A DNA stretch of 39,759 nucleotides from Opitutales bacterium (GTDB taxonomy: Bacteria; Verrucomicrobiota; Verrucomicrobiia; Opitutales; JAKPNF01), in NCBI GenBank assembly GCA_031556275.1, contig JAVBTG010000001.1, forward strand, positions 1-39,759, written 5' to 3'. The translations under genes were made by a program, and so were the position numbers. The notes beneath the pieces are model-generated. The model was given only the letters and a program-made list of their open reading frames with translations, was not told the DNA's origin and made no database searches. Shown piece after piece: positions 1 through 9,361 of this stretch. Position 1 is the stretch's first letter. Each line of letters starts with the position of its first letter.

Positions 1-861
1 CTCGGTCTCCGTGAAAATGACGGCACCGTCAGGCACCTCCAATTCAAAGGACCAGTCATAACGATTGATGCGGTAACCGCGCTTGTCGGCGACCATAGTG
101 TCGTCGTCCCGTGTCAACCGTATCCGGACGGGCGTTTCCACGCGACGGGAATCTCCGCTAAGCAGATCTGCCTCCAACACGGTTCCGTCCGTCGGGATTC
201 TTTTGAAGAAATGTGTGGCGGACGTGATTAACGGTTCCGCCCCCTGCGAATGCCACATGCGAAAAATAATGGGGTTTTCAAATGAGCCCCAATCGCCAAA
301 TTGGGTGGCATGCCGTTTCAGGTTTGATTCGGCCTGAACGTAACCGGCTTTTTCGAGCCGGAGAAGGGAGATATCCTCGGCATTGAATCCGCTGACATTA
401 AACCGGCCGGCCGAGTCCGTGAGCACGGAAAATTCAAAACCGCCCTCGTTTACCTCATTGTCGGGTTTTCGAAACAGACGCTTGGTATGCAAATTCACCC
501 GTACCTCTGGAATGCCGACACCCTCCTGATCGACCGCCAGTCCAAATATAATGACAGGATGGTTCATCGTGTTGATGGACCGACGCATGGCCTCTCGCAG
601 TCGTTGCTGGTAAAGGCGTTCCTCCAGGCCGGCGCCCTTCGGTTCGCCGAGAATGCTCGTGAGCCGCATGTCGTAGGGGGTTTCAAGTCCGTCGGGGTCC
701 AAATTATGTGGTTTCGCTTCGACTTGTCCGCCTGCGTGGTTCGGGGCAACCGTCGTCACCTCCATTTTCCCGGATTCTTCCCTGGAAAGATAGGAAGATA
801 GGCCGAAAAGCAAAACTGCCCCCGCGACGATAACGATGGTCTTTTTTTTTGATGTTTTCAT
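1..861 (-). CDS. N-terminally membrane-anchored beta-sandwich protein, partner of giant hydrolase (copy A; C-terminus lies beyond window start)
   Basis: Absent from the ORF track because it runs off the window. My minus-strand translation from ATG 861..859 gives MKTSKKKTIVIVAGAVLLFGLSS...LDPDGLETPYDMR...HPVIIFGLAVDQEGVGIPEVRVNL...NPIIFRMWHSQGAEPLI...YDWSFELEVPDGAVIFTETE. This is colinear with ORF 24385..25539 (LDPNGLQTPYDMK, VFHGRVLDQDDEGIPGVEVQL, NPVVFRMWRSQGAEPIL, YDWRFEVEVPGGGIIL). The start overlaps the stop of 858..5333 as ATGA (plus-strand tcat, 858-861). Confidence 0.75.
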   Translation of the reverse strand, partial: MKTSKKKTIVIVAGAVLLFGLSSYLSREESGKMEVTTVAPNHAGGQVEAKPHNLDPDGLETPYDMRLTSILGEPKGAGLEERLYQQRLREAMRRSINTMNHPVIIFGLAVDQEGVGIPEVRVNLHTKRLFRKPDNEVNEGGFEFSVLTDSAGRFNVSGFNAEDISLLRLEKAGYVQAESNLKRHATQFGDWGSFENPIIFRMWHSQGAEPLITSATHFFKRIPTDGTVLEADLLSGDSRRVETPVRIRLTRDDDTMVADKRGYRINRYDWSFELEVPDGAVIFTETE

Positions 862-3800
862 TTCTTTATGCCGCTGTCTTCCATAAAAGTGGTCCAAAAA
901 TTGACATGCTTGCCCATCCAGTAATTGAATTGCCCGCTGTGGTCCAGTTCGTGATCAGTAAATCCGGCCCCCAGCGGTCGGTCGATAAAATGTGTCGTTC
1001 TGTCGAGATCCACGGCCCCAAGGGCCCGCAGGTATGCCCCCGCAACGAAACTGAATATTTCATATCGATCCCGGTCAAATACCAGTGAAGCGGGATTTTG
1101 AGTTTGATGATTCCTGAAATATTCGGCTCCCGGCTCGGGTTTCTGGGGCCATTTGACTTCATATAAAAACCCTCCCATCGTGCCGAACTTTGAGCTGTCC
1201 GGTTTGCACCATTGATTAAAATTCCATTTTGAAAGCGCATAATCTAACGGATTGTAAAAATTGATCCAGCGCTTGGCCGCCAATGTAATATCCGCGCTGC
1301 CACTATCTCCATCAAGACTGTGCATATACGGAACACTTTCGGCGCCGCCGTCAGGATAGTGCCCGTAAACATCCGGTGACGTCGGACTGTCTCTGACAGT
1401 TTGAAGGCGCCAATAAGTGGTGAAGACACTTGCCGTTATGGCCGCCTGGCAGGCGGAATAACTCTCCAGAAGCTCGACGCTGGGATATCTTTCAAAGTAA
1501 AGTTTCAACGCCTCGCATGCAATGGTGTTCCCTTGGCTGTGCCCCATTAAATGGACCCGATAGCCTTTGTCTTTGAGCTCCATCAGCAGGCTTAGCAGGG
1601 TTTCCGCGGACTTCCATGCGATGAACTCGCTCTGGTCAAAGTAATATTTTGTGTTGCACGGCCACAAAAATACGCCCGCGCGCCCCTTGTAGCCTAGCTG
1701 AAACAGCCGTTTGAACATTGTTTCGCCAATGTTTTTCTTTTCCTGTTCATTCATATTGTAGCCGTGGACCAGAAGCACATAATCTTTTTCGTCCTCCGCC
1801 GCAGGGGCCGATGCGTACTGCGCATACCCGCTCAAATAGCGGCGGTTTCCGACACTTGCGTTGGTGACGAAGGCACCGGATTGCTCGCATTTGTAGGCTT
1901 CCATCATTGTTTTGACGGGAACCGAATGCACCGTAAGCTGGCTGCCTGGATTTTTTGGAAAGGCGTCCGATTTCGATTTCACGTAGGCGCTCAGGCGCAA
2001 TGTGAGCGTTTGGCTTGTCTCCAATAGGAAAGAGCATTCCGCATCCTCGTTTGTATCCGAAAAACGAAGCATTGAATAGGGAACAGCTTTGCGGCGCGCC
2101 CCATCCCCTTCGGACGAAAAGAAGGTTTTCTGTTGCATCTGTTCTTCTGCCTTTAACCACACCTGGGCGAAGGGAGAAATGCCGAGATCATCGCGCACGC
2201 CGACGGTTGAGACAGACGGATACATGTTCCATTTGCGCCGTTTATTCGCGACGCTTGCGACGTTTGATTCGATATACAGTTCCATTTTCCCTGATTCCAA
2301 AAACGGCCGAATTTTCTTGGCTCCAGGGATTTTAAAGCGGATCAGATGCAGATCTTCCAAGTCACGGCGTCCGTTGATCCTGTCATCCGCCCCGTTTGGC
2401 GCTCCCTTGCCGTCCGGGTTGTCTATTTCTTTTTCACGGGCTTCGGTGTCGTAGTCGTCGTTGTTCCAGATGTAGAAGGCGTCCGGGTCGACGGCCGCGA
2501 GCAGATGGGCGCGGCGGGGAGTTTTTGTATCGCCGTCGACAACGAAGGTGTGGGTGGCCTTGTCGTAGGTTGACATGTATTCGATCTCGCCGTCGCCGTC
2601 GAAATCCGCCCCGATGTCAATGTAGGGCAGCAGATCTATTTTTTTTGTGTCAACCGCGACCAACGGAGAAGATCTGAGCAGCTGGGGGGATTGGGCCGCC
2701 GATTGGGAGTTCCCCCACTTAACCCGCAGCGTGACTGTCATGGTCCCGGGCTTCGTGGCGTATAGGCCGATCTGGCCGACTCTCGGTTCCCATTGGTCTG
2801 GCGACGGGAGGAATGTGTGCAGATCTTGCCCTGAGAGGGTGATGGTTCCGCCCCCGTCGCCGGGCGGGGTGAGCGCTTGCATGATTTGACCGTTCAGCGT
2901 CACTTGCCCTTTGGAGATGGCGGAAGAACAAGTGGGGGCAAAGGCGATAAGGCCGCCTTCCCCGGCGATTTCTATGGTGGCGAATTCGATATGCCAGTGG
3001 TATGGGTAATCCCCGGAATCACTGAACGGATCGACTCTCATGTAGGTTACATATTCGGAATCGAGTTCAATTATGTTGTCCGAATTTGTTTGTCCCTGAG
3101 GAGGCGGTGGAACCTGCATGGTTTCGGGCGTGCTGATCTCGTGGGAAACACCCGACAACGAAACAGCGTATTCGCCTTGGCTGCCTATGACATGATTGAC
3201 CCACTCGACTTCGCTCGGATAGGTGTCCGGGTCGTCATAGTCGTCGATTGTTTCTTCGCAGGCGGCAAGGAAAGATTCCGAGAGGATAATTTTTTCCGTG
3301 TCGAGCACTTGCATCTGGCTTTCATCCGGCCGGCCTCTTTTGTCGTACGGAATAAAAAGGCGGTGTTTCAGCACATAATAGCGGTACCTTGTGTCGCGGC
3401 GCGAGTACGGAGCCATTTTGTATTTGTAAGCGGCCCTGCTGACGACGGCCATGTTTTGACTGGAATAATGGGCGGCGGATATCCTGTCCGCTCTGATAGA
3501 CGAAACGATGTCGCTACAGTGAGTCTCCTCGGGAGGTCTGTCGTACCTTATTTGGCCGAAGTTCGGGTCACGCCCAGATCCTAGAGATTGGCTGATCCAG
3601 CCCAGTCGCATTTGCGCCGTGATGGGTTGTGAAAGTCGGTATCTGGTGGTGTTCCAGCTTTCGCCGGCATGGCTTATCGGGGGGGAATCATAACGATAGA
3701 GGTGAGTGGGGCCCCACGAAGTCCAGTTAGAACCCACGATATTCGGACCTGACCCAAAGTTCCATTCCTCAGATCCAGAACTGCTTCCGCCCGCTGTTGT

Positions 3801-5333
3801 GTAGCGATACCAGTTGCGACGGCCGCTTTTTGGCATGTAGACCGCATGGGCATCTTGATCGTCTGTTGCTACAGAAGAAGGTTTCGGGATATCGTAATCG
3901 TGGCGAAAATAACGATGATATTCATAATCAATCACATTATAATACTGGTATGTCTCCGCGTCCTCTATCGAAGTGACGAACTCTCCGAATCCTCCCGATG
4001 AGCTGGCTTCCCATGTTTTTGCCATAGTCCAGACGAGCATTCGCGTGAAGTCGCCGATGCGAACTTGCAGTTGCGCGCTGTCCGAGATCAGTCCTGCGGC
4101 ATCTTCAGTCATGATCCTGTAGGTCAATGTGATGCCGTTGTCTGCCGGCAGGGCGAAGGAGGTGTCTTGATAGGAACTAACATTCATCCCCAGCTCCTCC
4201 AGCAGCTCGTCATTGCGATAGAGCAGCTGTTTCGTGACAGAAGCCCCACCCGGCTCGGCGCTTCCGGGCGTCCAGACAAAGGCAACAAGATTTTTAGGCA
4301 CACTCACTTCGGTGGGATAGAACTGCGTTGGCGCTTTTGGCCGCGGGAGAACCTCCTCATCCCGATTTTTCCCGGCGTCGTAAAGCTGCTTGTTGGTGGA
4401 GCCGTAGCCGACGCCCGCGCCGCCATTGGGGCCGTTGTTGGGGTCGCCGCTGCCGTCGTCGAGCGGGTCGAGGCCGTTATCCACCTCCCAACCGTCCGGC
4501 AGACCATCGCCGTCGGTGTCGGGGTTGTTGGGGTCGGTGCCAAATTGAAATTCTTGTCGGTTGGTCAACCCGTCGCCGTCGGCGTCGGTATCGGGGTCAA
4601 ACCCTTCCAGCGTGCCAAAATGTTCGATGATCCAGGAGTCGGGGATGCCCTCGAACATGGTCGACTGGCCCAAGTCGAAGGAGAACACCATTTTCAGCTG
4701 CCCGATATTGGCGGGGACATAGTTGCCCTTGAGCCATGCCTCGTAGGTCGCGCGCTCGGGCGTGCCAGGTTCGCCTTGCGGCGGCGGTTCGGGCCACGGA
4801 TAAGGGGAGTTCCAGTTAAGCGGATATCCCATCGACCACAGGTAAAGCCGGGTGTCGATACCGAACGAGATCAGTTGGTTGTAAAAGGGCAGCCCGACCG
4901 CCTTGAGTTGGCCGATGTTGGCGGGGGCGTAGTTGGCCGTGCGCCATTGGGGGTAGGCCGGGTCGGCGGGGCCGGGCGGGGCGGGGAAGAGGTCCGTTAG
5001 CGGAAAGCCTGCGCCGCCGGAGAGCAGGGACTCGAAATAGGCGTGGGCCTGGGTGGCCGTGTGCTTGAGCTGGCCGACATTAAGGGGGCCATAGTTATTT
5101 TGCGGCGCGTCGGCGTTGATGATCCGCGTGGCCGGGGCTGTCCACCAGGCGGGGGTTTGCGGCTGCGCCGGTTCCCCGACATCCTCGGCGTGAAGCGGCG
5201 TGAAGGCGGCGGCCGCGCACGCGAAGGCGGCGGCCAGGAAAATTTGGTGTGTTTTCAAAAGAGGGGCGGGGTTGGTCGTGTGTGCTGTTTGCGGCGCTGA
5301 AGAAAAGGAGCCAATAAAAGCGCTGTTTGTCAA
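858..5333 (-). CDS. giant secreted multidomain protein with C-terminal DUF900-type alpha/beta-hydrolase domain (copy A)
   Basis: 1491-aa ORF. It has a signal-like N-terminus (KTHQIFLAAAFACAAAAFTPLHA/EDV) and three NYxPxN(I/V)GQLK motifs (aa ~80-215). DPDTDADGDGLTNRQEF and DPNNPDTDGDGLPDGWE are thrombospondin-type-3-like Ca repeats (nt ~4449-4598), followed by an FN3-like stretch. The C-terminal ~308 aa (nt 861-1784) read DYVLLVHGYN..FLWPCN..RVHLMGHSQGN..YNPLDYAL..DHSGQ, matching the DUF900 (PF05990) pattern as I remember it, with the putative nucleophile Ser codon at 1536-1538. The called start is a TTG inside a TTGACA hexamer. TTG at 5258 (MKTHQIF...) is a plausible alternative start. Confidence 0.85.
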   Translation of the reverse strand: MTNSAFIGSFSSAPQTAHTTNPAPLLKTHQIFLAAAFACAAAAFTPLHAEDVGEPAQPQTPAWWTAPATRIINADAPQNNYGPLNVGQLKHTATQAHAYFESLLSGGAGFPLTDLFPAPPGPADPAYPQWRTANYAPANIGQLKAVGLPFYNQLISFGIDTRLYLWSMGYPLNWNSPYPWPEPPPQGEPGTPERATYEAWLKGNYVPANIGQLKMVFSFDLGQSTMFEGIPDSWIIEHFGTLEGFDPDTDADGDGLTNRQEFQFGTDPNNPDTDGDGLPDGWEVDNGLDPLDDGSGDPNNGPNGGAGVGYGSTNKQLYDAGKNRDEEVLPRPKAPTQFYPTEVSVPKNLVAFVWTPGSAEPGGASVTKQLLYRNDELLEELGMNVSSYQDTSFALPADNGITLTYRIMTEDAAGLISDSAQLQVRIGDFTRMLVWTMAKTWEASSSGGFGEFVTSIEDAETYQYYNVIDYEYHRYFRHDYDIPKPSSVATDDQDAHAVYMPKSGRRNWYRYTTAGGSSSGSEEWNFGSGPNIVGSNWTSWGPTHLYRYDSPPISHAGESWNTTRYRLSQPITAQMRLGWISQSLGSGRDPNFGQIRYDRPPEETHCSDIVSSIRADRISAAHYSSQNMAVVSRAAYKYKMAPYSRRDTRYRYYVLKHRLFIPYDKRGRPDESQMQVLDTEKIILSESFLAACEETIDDYDDPDTYPSEVEWVNHVIGSQGEYAVSLSGVSHEISTPETMQVPPPPQGQTNSDNIIELDSEYVTYMRVDPFSDSGDYPYHWHIEFATIEIAGEGGLIAFAPTCSSAISKGQVTLNGQIMQALTPPGDGGGTITLSGQDLHTFLPSPDQWEPRVGQIGLYATKPGTMTVTLRVKWGNSQSAAQSPQLLRSSPLVAVDTKKIDLLPYIDIGADFDGDGEIEYMSTYDKATHTFVVDGDTKTPRRAHLLAAVDPDAFYIWNNDDYDTEAREKEIDNPDGKGAPNGADDRINGRRDLEDLHLIRFKIPGAKKIRPFLESGKMELYIESNVASVANKRRKWNMYPSVSTVGVRDDLGISPFAQVWLKAEEQMQQKTFFSSEGDGARRKAVPYSMLRFSDTNEDAECSFLLETSQTLTLRLSAYVKSKSDAFPKNPGSQLTVHSVPVKTMMEAYKCEQSGAFVTNASVGNRRYLSGYAQYASAPAAEDEKDYVLLVHGYNMNEQEKKNIGETMFKRLFQLGYKGRAGVFLWPCNTKYYFDQSEFIAWKSAETLLSLLMELKDKGYRVHLMGHSQGNTIACEALKLYFERYPSVELLESYSACQAAITASVFTTYWRLQTVRDSPTSPDVYGHYPDGGAESVPYMHSLDGDSGSADITLAAKRWINFYNPLDYALSKWNFNQWCKPDSSKFGTMGGFLYEVKWPQKPEPGAEYFRNHQTQNPASLVFDRDRYEIFSFVAGAYLRALGAVDLDRTTHFIDRPLGAGFTDHELDHSGQFNYWMGKHVNFWTTFMEDSGIKK

Positions 5334-5484
5334 TGTTCAAGATTCCCAATTTTTTTAGGAAAATAGCAAAAATAAGTGCATAATGCATCACATTCCATAA
5401 AATAACAGCTGATTTCGTAGTGCTGATCATCCCGTCGGCATCCGTTGGACGCAAACGGGTGAAAAATTCGCCTTTGACGGATGG

Positions 5485-7428
5485 GTGGCGTTTCGGGGAT
5501 TATGGCGGTGGATGAAAAGCGTTCGCGGAAAAATGCTTGCGGCGATGGCTGTCATGTTTTTGGGCATGGGAGGGGTTATCGTGTGGCTGTGCCACGGGGT
5601 GTATCAGAATTATAAGCGGCTGCAGGTGGCCGATTGCCGGTCGGCGGTGGATTTTCAGGCGGAGCGGATCAATAAGAACATTCGCGAGTTGCAGGAGCGG
5701 GCGCGGAGTTTGGCGTTGTGCGCGTTCGGGTATTATAACGCGCCCGTGAAAGACCGGGAGCTGGCGGAGATCGAGGTGCAGTCGCACTTTACGGAAGGGT
5801 CTGTCGCCGTCGGCGGGGGGATTTGGTTTGAGCCGGGGAAGATCGAACCGGGACAGCGGCTGTGGTGCATTTATTCCTTCAACGACGGGATGGACGTGCT
5901 GATCGCCAAGAGTTTTGAAAGCGAACAGTACAATTATTTGGGGCAGATGTGGTATAAATCCGTGCGCGAACAGTTAAAGGGGGTGCGGGATATCGCGTGG
6001 ACGCCTCCCTATTTTGACGACGAGGGGACGAAGGCGCTCATGACGACGGCCGGGGCCGGCATTTATGACCGCGACTGGAATTTTGTGGGGATGTCCACGG
6101 TCGATTGGAAGCTGGATTCGATGGCGCGGGACACCGCGCGGATTCGCCCCACGGAAAACAGCTTCTCGCTTTTTGCCGACGCGCGGCACGATTATATTTT
6201 GGCGCTCAATGACAGGAACGTGGGGGGCGACCCGCTCGGGAAATCGCTCTCGACGCTGCCGTGGTACGTCGCCGACGCGGGGGAGGAGAGCGAGTTTGAT
6301 TACGCGGGGGAGCGTTACATCTCGTTTCGCCGCGAGTTGGACAACGGTATGGCGATTGTAGTGAACGTGCCGGAGGACGAGTTGTTTGCGGCGGTTTATG
6401 CGAGCCTGTGGTCGACCGTGGCCGCGTTTTTCGGGGCGTGTTTTTTGCTGTCGCTGCTGACGTACCTGCTGCAGGAGTGGCTGGTGAGCAGGCCGATAAA
6501 ATACCTTTCGCAAAAGGCCGACGAGATCGGGCGGGGGAATTTTGACGCCGAGATCCGGTTGGAGCGCAACGACGAGCTGGGCACGCTCGCCGCCGCGATC
6601 GGCACGATGGCGCGCAATATCAAAACGCACATTAGCGAATTAAGGGACGTCACCGCCGAGAAGCAGCGCATCGCGACGGAGCTGGATTTGGCAAGAAACA
6701 TCCAGTCGTCGATTTTGCCGTCGATTTTCCCGCCGTATCCGGAGAAGGAGGAGTTTGATATTTACGCGAAAATGGTGCCCGCGAAGGAAGTCGGCGGGGA
6801 CTTTTTCGATTTCTTCTTGGTGGACGAAAAACATCTGGCCGTCGTGGTGGCGGACGTGTCCGACAAGGGGGTGCCCGCCGCGCTGTTCATGATGATCGCC
6901 AAAACCCTCGTCAAAAATTTCGCGCAGTTGGGGCTGCCCGCGGGCGAGGTGTTCGGGCGCGCCAACCGGCAGCTGTGCGAGCACAACGACGCGGGGATGT
7001 TTGTGACGGCGTTCATGGGGATTTTGGAGATCGACACCGGGGTTTTTTCCTACGTGAACGCGGGGCACAACCCGCCGTGTGTTTCACGCTCGGGCGGCGC
7101 CTTTGAGATGCTCGATGTCCCCCCCGGGTTTGTGCTTGCGGGCATGGAAGACAGCATGTACGCCGAGAAAACAACCCGCCTCGCGCCGGGCGACCGGCTG
7201 TTCCTCTACACCGACGGCGTGGTCGAGGCGTGCGACCGCTCAAACGAGCTTTTCGGTGACGATCGCATGATCGCGGCGCTCAACGGCTGCGGCGCGAAAA
7301 GCGACGACATTCAAGCGCTCGTGCATCATCTGGGAAGCGCCGTCGCCGACTTCGCCAACGGGGCGCGGCAGAGCGACGATATCACGCTGCTGGGGCTGGT
7401 TTATTTAGGTGGCGCGGGGCAAAAATAA
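5485..7428 (+). CDS. membrane sensor protein: extracytoplasmic sensor domain - HAMP - PP2C/SpoIIE-type serine phosphatase (RsbU-like)
   Basis: 647-aa ORF with an N-terminal TM helix (MLAAMAVMFLGMGGVIVWLC), a ~280-aa Cache-like loop and a second TM helix. A HAMP-like segment follows (RPIKYLSQKADEIGRGNFDAEIRLERNDELGTLA). The SpoIIE signature is ARNIQSSILP...VGGDFFDFFLVDEKHLAVVVADVSDKGVPAALFM...LYTDGVVEA...DDITLLGL. The called start is GTG 5485; ATG 5512 (MKSVRGK...) is equally plausible. Confidence 0.85.
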   Translation: MAFRGLWRWMKSVRGKMLAAMAVMFLGMGGVIVWLCHGVYQNYKRLQVADCRSAVDFQAERINKNIRELQERARSLALCAFGYYNAPVKDRELAEIEVQSHFTEGSVAVGGGIWFEPGKIEPGQRLWCIYSFNDGMDVLIAKSFESEQYNYLGQMWYKSVREQLKGVRDIAWTPPYFDDEGTKALMTTAGAGIYDRDWNFVGMSTVDWKLDSMARDTARIRPTENSFSLFADARHDYILALNDRNVGGDPLGKSLSTLPWYVADAGEESEFDYAGERYISFRRELDNGMAIVVNVPEDELFAAVYASLWSTVAAFFGACFLLSLLTYLLQEWLVSRPIKYLSQKADEIGRGNFDAEIRLERNDELGTLAAAIGTMARNIKTHISELRDVTAEKQRIATELDLARNIQSSILPSIFPPYPEKEEFDIYAKMVPAKEVGGDFFDFFLVDEKHLAVVVADVSDKGVPAALFMMIAKTLVKNFAQLGLPAGEVFGRANRQLCEHNDAGMFVTAFMGILEIDTGVFSYVNAGHNPPCVSRSGGAFEMLDVPPGFVLAGMEDSMYAEKTTRLAPGDRLFLYTDGVVEACDRSNELFGDDRMIAALNGCGAKSDDIQALVHHLGSAVADFANGARQSDDITLLGLVYLGGAGQK

Positions 7429-7479
7429 ATTTCGCAAAATTCTTGTGCGGGAATATGCGGGGCCGCATAATTCCAAGAT

Positions 7480-9336
7480 ATGTGCGGGATTATCGGTTAT
7501 GTGGGGCATCAGAAGGCCGCCCCTTTCCTTATCGAGGGCTTGAAACGCCTTGAGTACCGCGGGTACGACTCCGCGGGGCTGGCAGTGCTGCAAAACGGCG
7601 CGTTTGAGGTGGTCAAAAAAGCGGGGCGCGTCGAAAACATGGCGCGGGTCGCCCAGCACAAAAATCTTTCGGGGACGACGGGCATCAGCCACACGCGCTG
7701 GGCCACCCACGGCGGCGTGACGGACGCCAACGCCCATCCCCATGTTTCCTCCGACGGCAAGATCGCCCTCATCCACAACGGGGTGATTGAAAACTACGCC
7801 TCGATCAAACGGTTCTGCCAAGGCAAGGGTTATACTTTTGTGAGCGAGACGGACACGGAGGCGCTGGCCAACCTGATCGCCTACCACTACGCCAAGGAGC
7901 CGCAGGGCGAAAAGAACGGGCGCCTCTTCAACGCCGTGCGAAAAACGCTGTTGCATGTGGAGGGCACGTACGGCATCGCGGTGTTGGCGGTCGACTGTCC
8001 CGACGAGATTGTGGGCGCGCGAAAAGGTTCGCCGCTGGTGCTCGGCGTGGGCAAGGACGAGAACATGATCGCCTCCGACGTGTCGGCCTTTGTGGGGCGC
8101 ACGCAGAACGTCGTCTACCTCGACGACGGGCAGATCGTCCATCTGACGGCGGACGATTTCAGCATCGCGACGATTTCGCGGGAGGAGGAAGTTTCGCCGG
8201 TTATCAACCAAGTTGACTGGGAAATTGAGGAGGCGGAGCTGGGCGAGTTCAAGCACTACATGGAGAAGGAGATTTTCGAGCAGCCGCAGGCCATCGAAAA
8301 CGCCATGCGCGGGCGCATCTCCGACGACGGATCGACCGCGCGGTTCGGCGGGCTCAACCTCGACGTGCGCGAGTTGCGGCAGGTGGACCGCATCCTGTTC
8401 TGCGCGTGCGGCACGGCGTGGCACTCCTGCCTCGTGGCCGAGTATCTGATTGAAAAGTACGCGCGCATTCCCGTGGAGGTGGAGTACGCCTCGGAGTTTC
8501 GCTACCGCAATTCCCCGCTCGACAAAAACACGCTCGTCTTCGTCGTCTCGCAGTCCGGCGAGACGATCGACACGCTGGAGGCCCTGCGCGAGTCGAAGCG
8601 CAAGGGGTACCGCACGCTGTCGATCGTCAACGTCGTCGGCTCCACCATCGCGCGGGAGTCCGACGGCGGCATTTACCAGCACGCGGGGCCGGAGATCGGG
8701 GTGGCCTCGACCAAGGCGTTCACCTCCCAGAGCCTCGTGGCGCTGCTGGTCGCCCTCTATATCGGGCGCATGCGTGACCTCGCCTTTGTCGAGGGGCGCG
8801 CGATTGTGGACGCTGTGCGCGACTTGCCGGAGCGCGTCTCGCAGATGCTCAAACAGGCCCCGCAGATCAAAAAGATCGCCCAAAAGTATTTTCAAAAGCA
8901 CGACTTTCTGTTCCTCGGGCGGCAGGAGTTTTTTCCGCTGGCTCTGGAGGGGGCGCTGAAGCTCAAGGAGATTTCCTACATCCACGCCGAGGGGTACCCC
9001 GCCGCCGAGATGAAGCACGGGCCGATCGCGCTGATCAACCCCGAATGCCCGACCGTCCTATTTGTGCCGACCGGGGAAATGTTCAAAAAGACCGTCTCCA
9101 ACCTGCAGGAAATCCGCGCGCGAAAAGGCCCCGTCATCGCCATCACGGACGCGGCCGCGGCCGAGTTTCCCGATTCGCTCGCCGACGACGTCATACGCAT
9201 GCCCGCCGTCCACGAAAGCGTGCGCCCGATCCTCGCGGCGATACCGCTGCAGCTGCTGGCGTACGACATCGCGGTCTTGCGCGGATGCGACGTGGACAAG
9301 CCGAGGAATCTCGCGAAATCGGTGACAGTTGAGTAG
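7480..9336 (+). CDS. glmS: glutamine--fructose-6-phosphate aminotransferase (isomerizing)
   Basis: 618-aa ORF starting MCGIIGYVG (N-terminal Cys nucleophile of class II amidotransferases). It contains HTRWATHG, two SIS-domain regions (VSQSGETIDTL, GPEIGVASTKAFT) and the canonical C-terminus NLAKSVTVE. Confidence 0.97.
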   Translation: MCGIIGYVGHQKAAPFLIEGLKRLEYRGYDSAGLAVLQNGAFEVVKKAGRVENMARVAQHKNLSGTTGISHTRWATHGGVTDANAHPHVSSDGKIALIHNGVIENYASIKRFCQGKGYTFVSETDTEALANLIAYHYAKEPQGEKNGRLFNAVRKTLLHVEGTYGIAVLAVDCPDEIVGARKGSPLVLGVGKDENMIASDVSAFVGRTQNVVYLDDGQIVHLTADDFSIATISREEEVSPVINQVDWEIEEAELGEFKHYMEKEIFEQPQAIENAMRGRISDDGSTARFGGLNLDVRELRQVDRILFCACGTAWHSCLVAEYLIEKYARIPVEVEYASEFRYRNSPLDKNTLVFVVSQSGETIDTLEALRESKRKGYRTLSIVNVVGSTIARESDGGIYQHAGPEIGVASTKAFTSQSLVALLVALYIGRMRDLAFVEGRAIVDAVRDLPERVSQMLKQAPQIKKIAQKYFQKHDFLFLGRQEFFPLALEGALKLKEISYIHAEGYPAAEMKHGPIALINPECPTVLFVPTGEMFKKTVSNLQEIRARKGPVIAITDAAAAEFPDSLADDVIRMPAVHESVRPILAAIPLQLLAYDIAVLRGCDVDKPRNLAKSVTVE

Positions 9337-9361
9337 GCTGGCGCTGGACGGGAGGGCTAAT

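Noticed and set aside
7429-7479. Possible glmS ribozyme/riboswitch upstream of glmS
   Set aside because: Only ~50 nt separate the upstream stop from the glmS ATG, which is far too short for the ~170-nt glmS ribozyme. No matching structure is evident.
7405-9018. 537-aa ORF on the minus strand opposite glmS
   Set aside because: It is fully antisense to an unambiguous glmS. The sequence is Arg/Leu/Gly/Val-rich and low in complexity, which is typical of shadow ORFs in GC-rich DNA. It contains no motifs.
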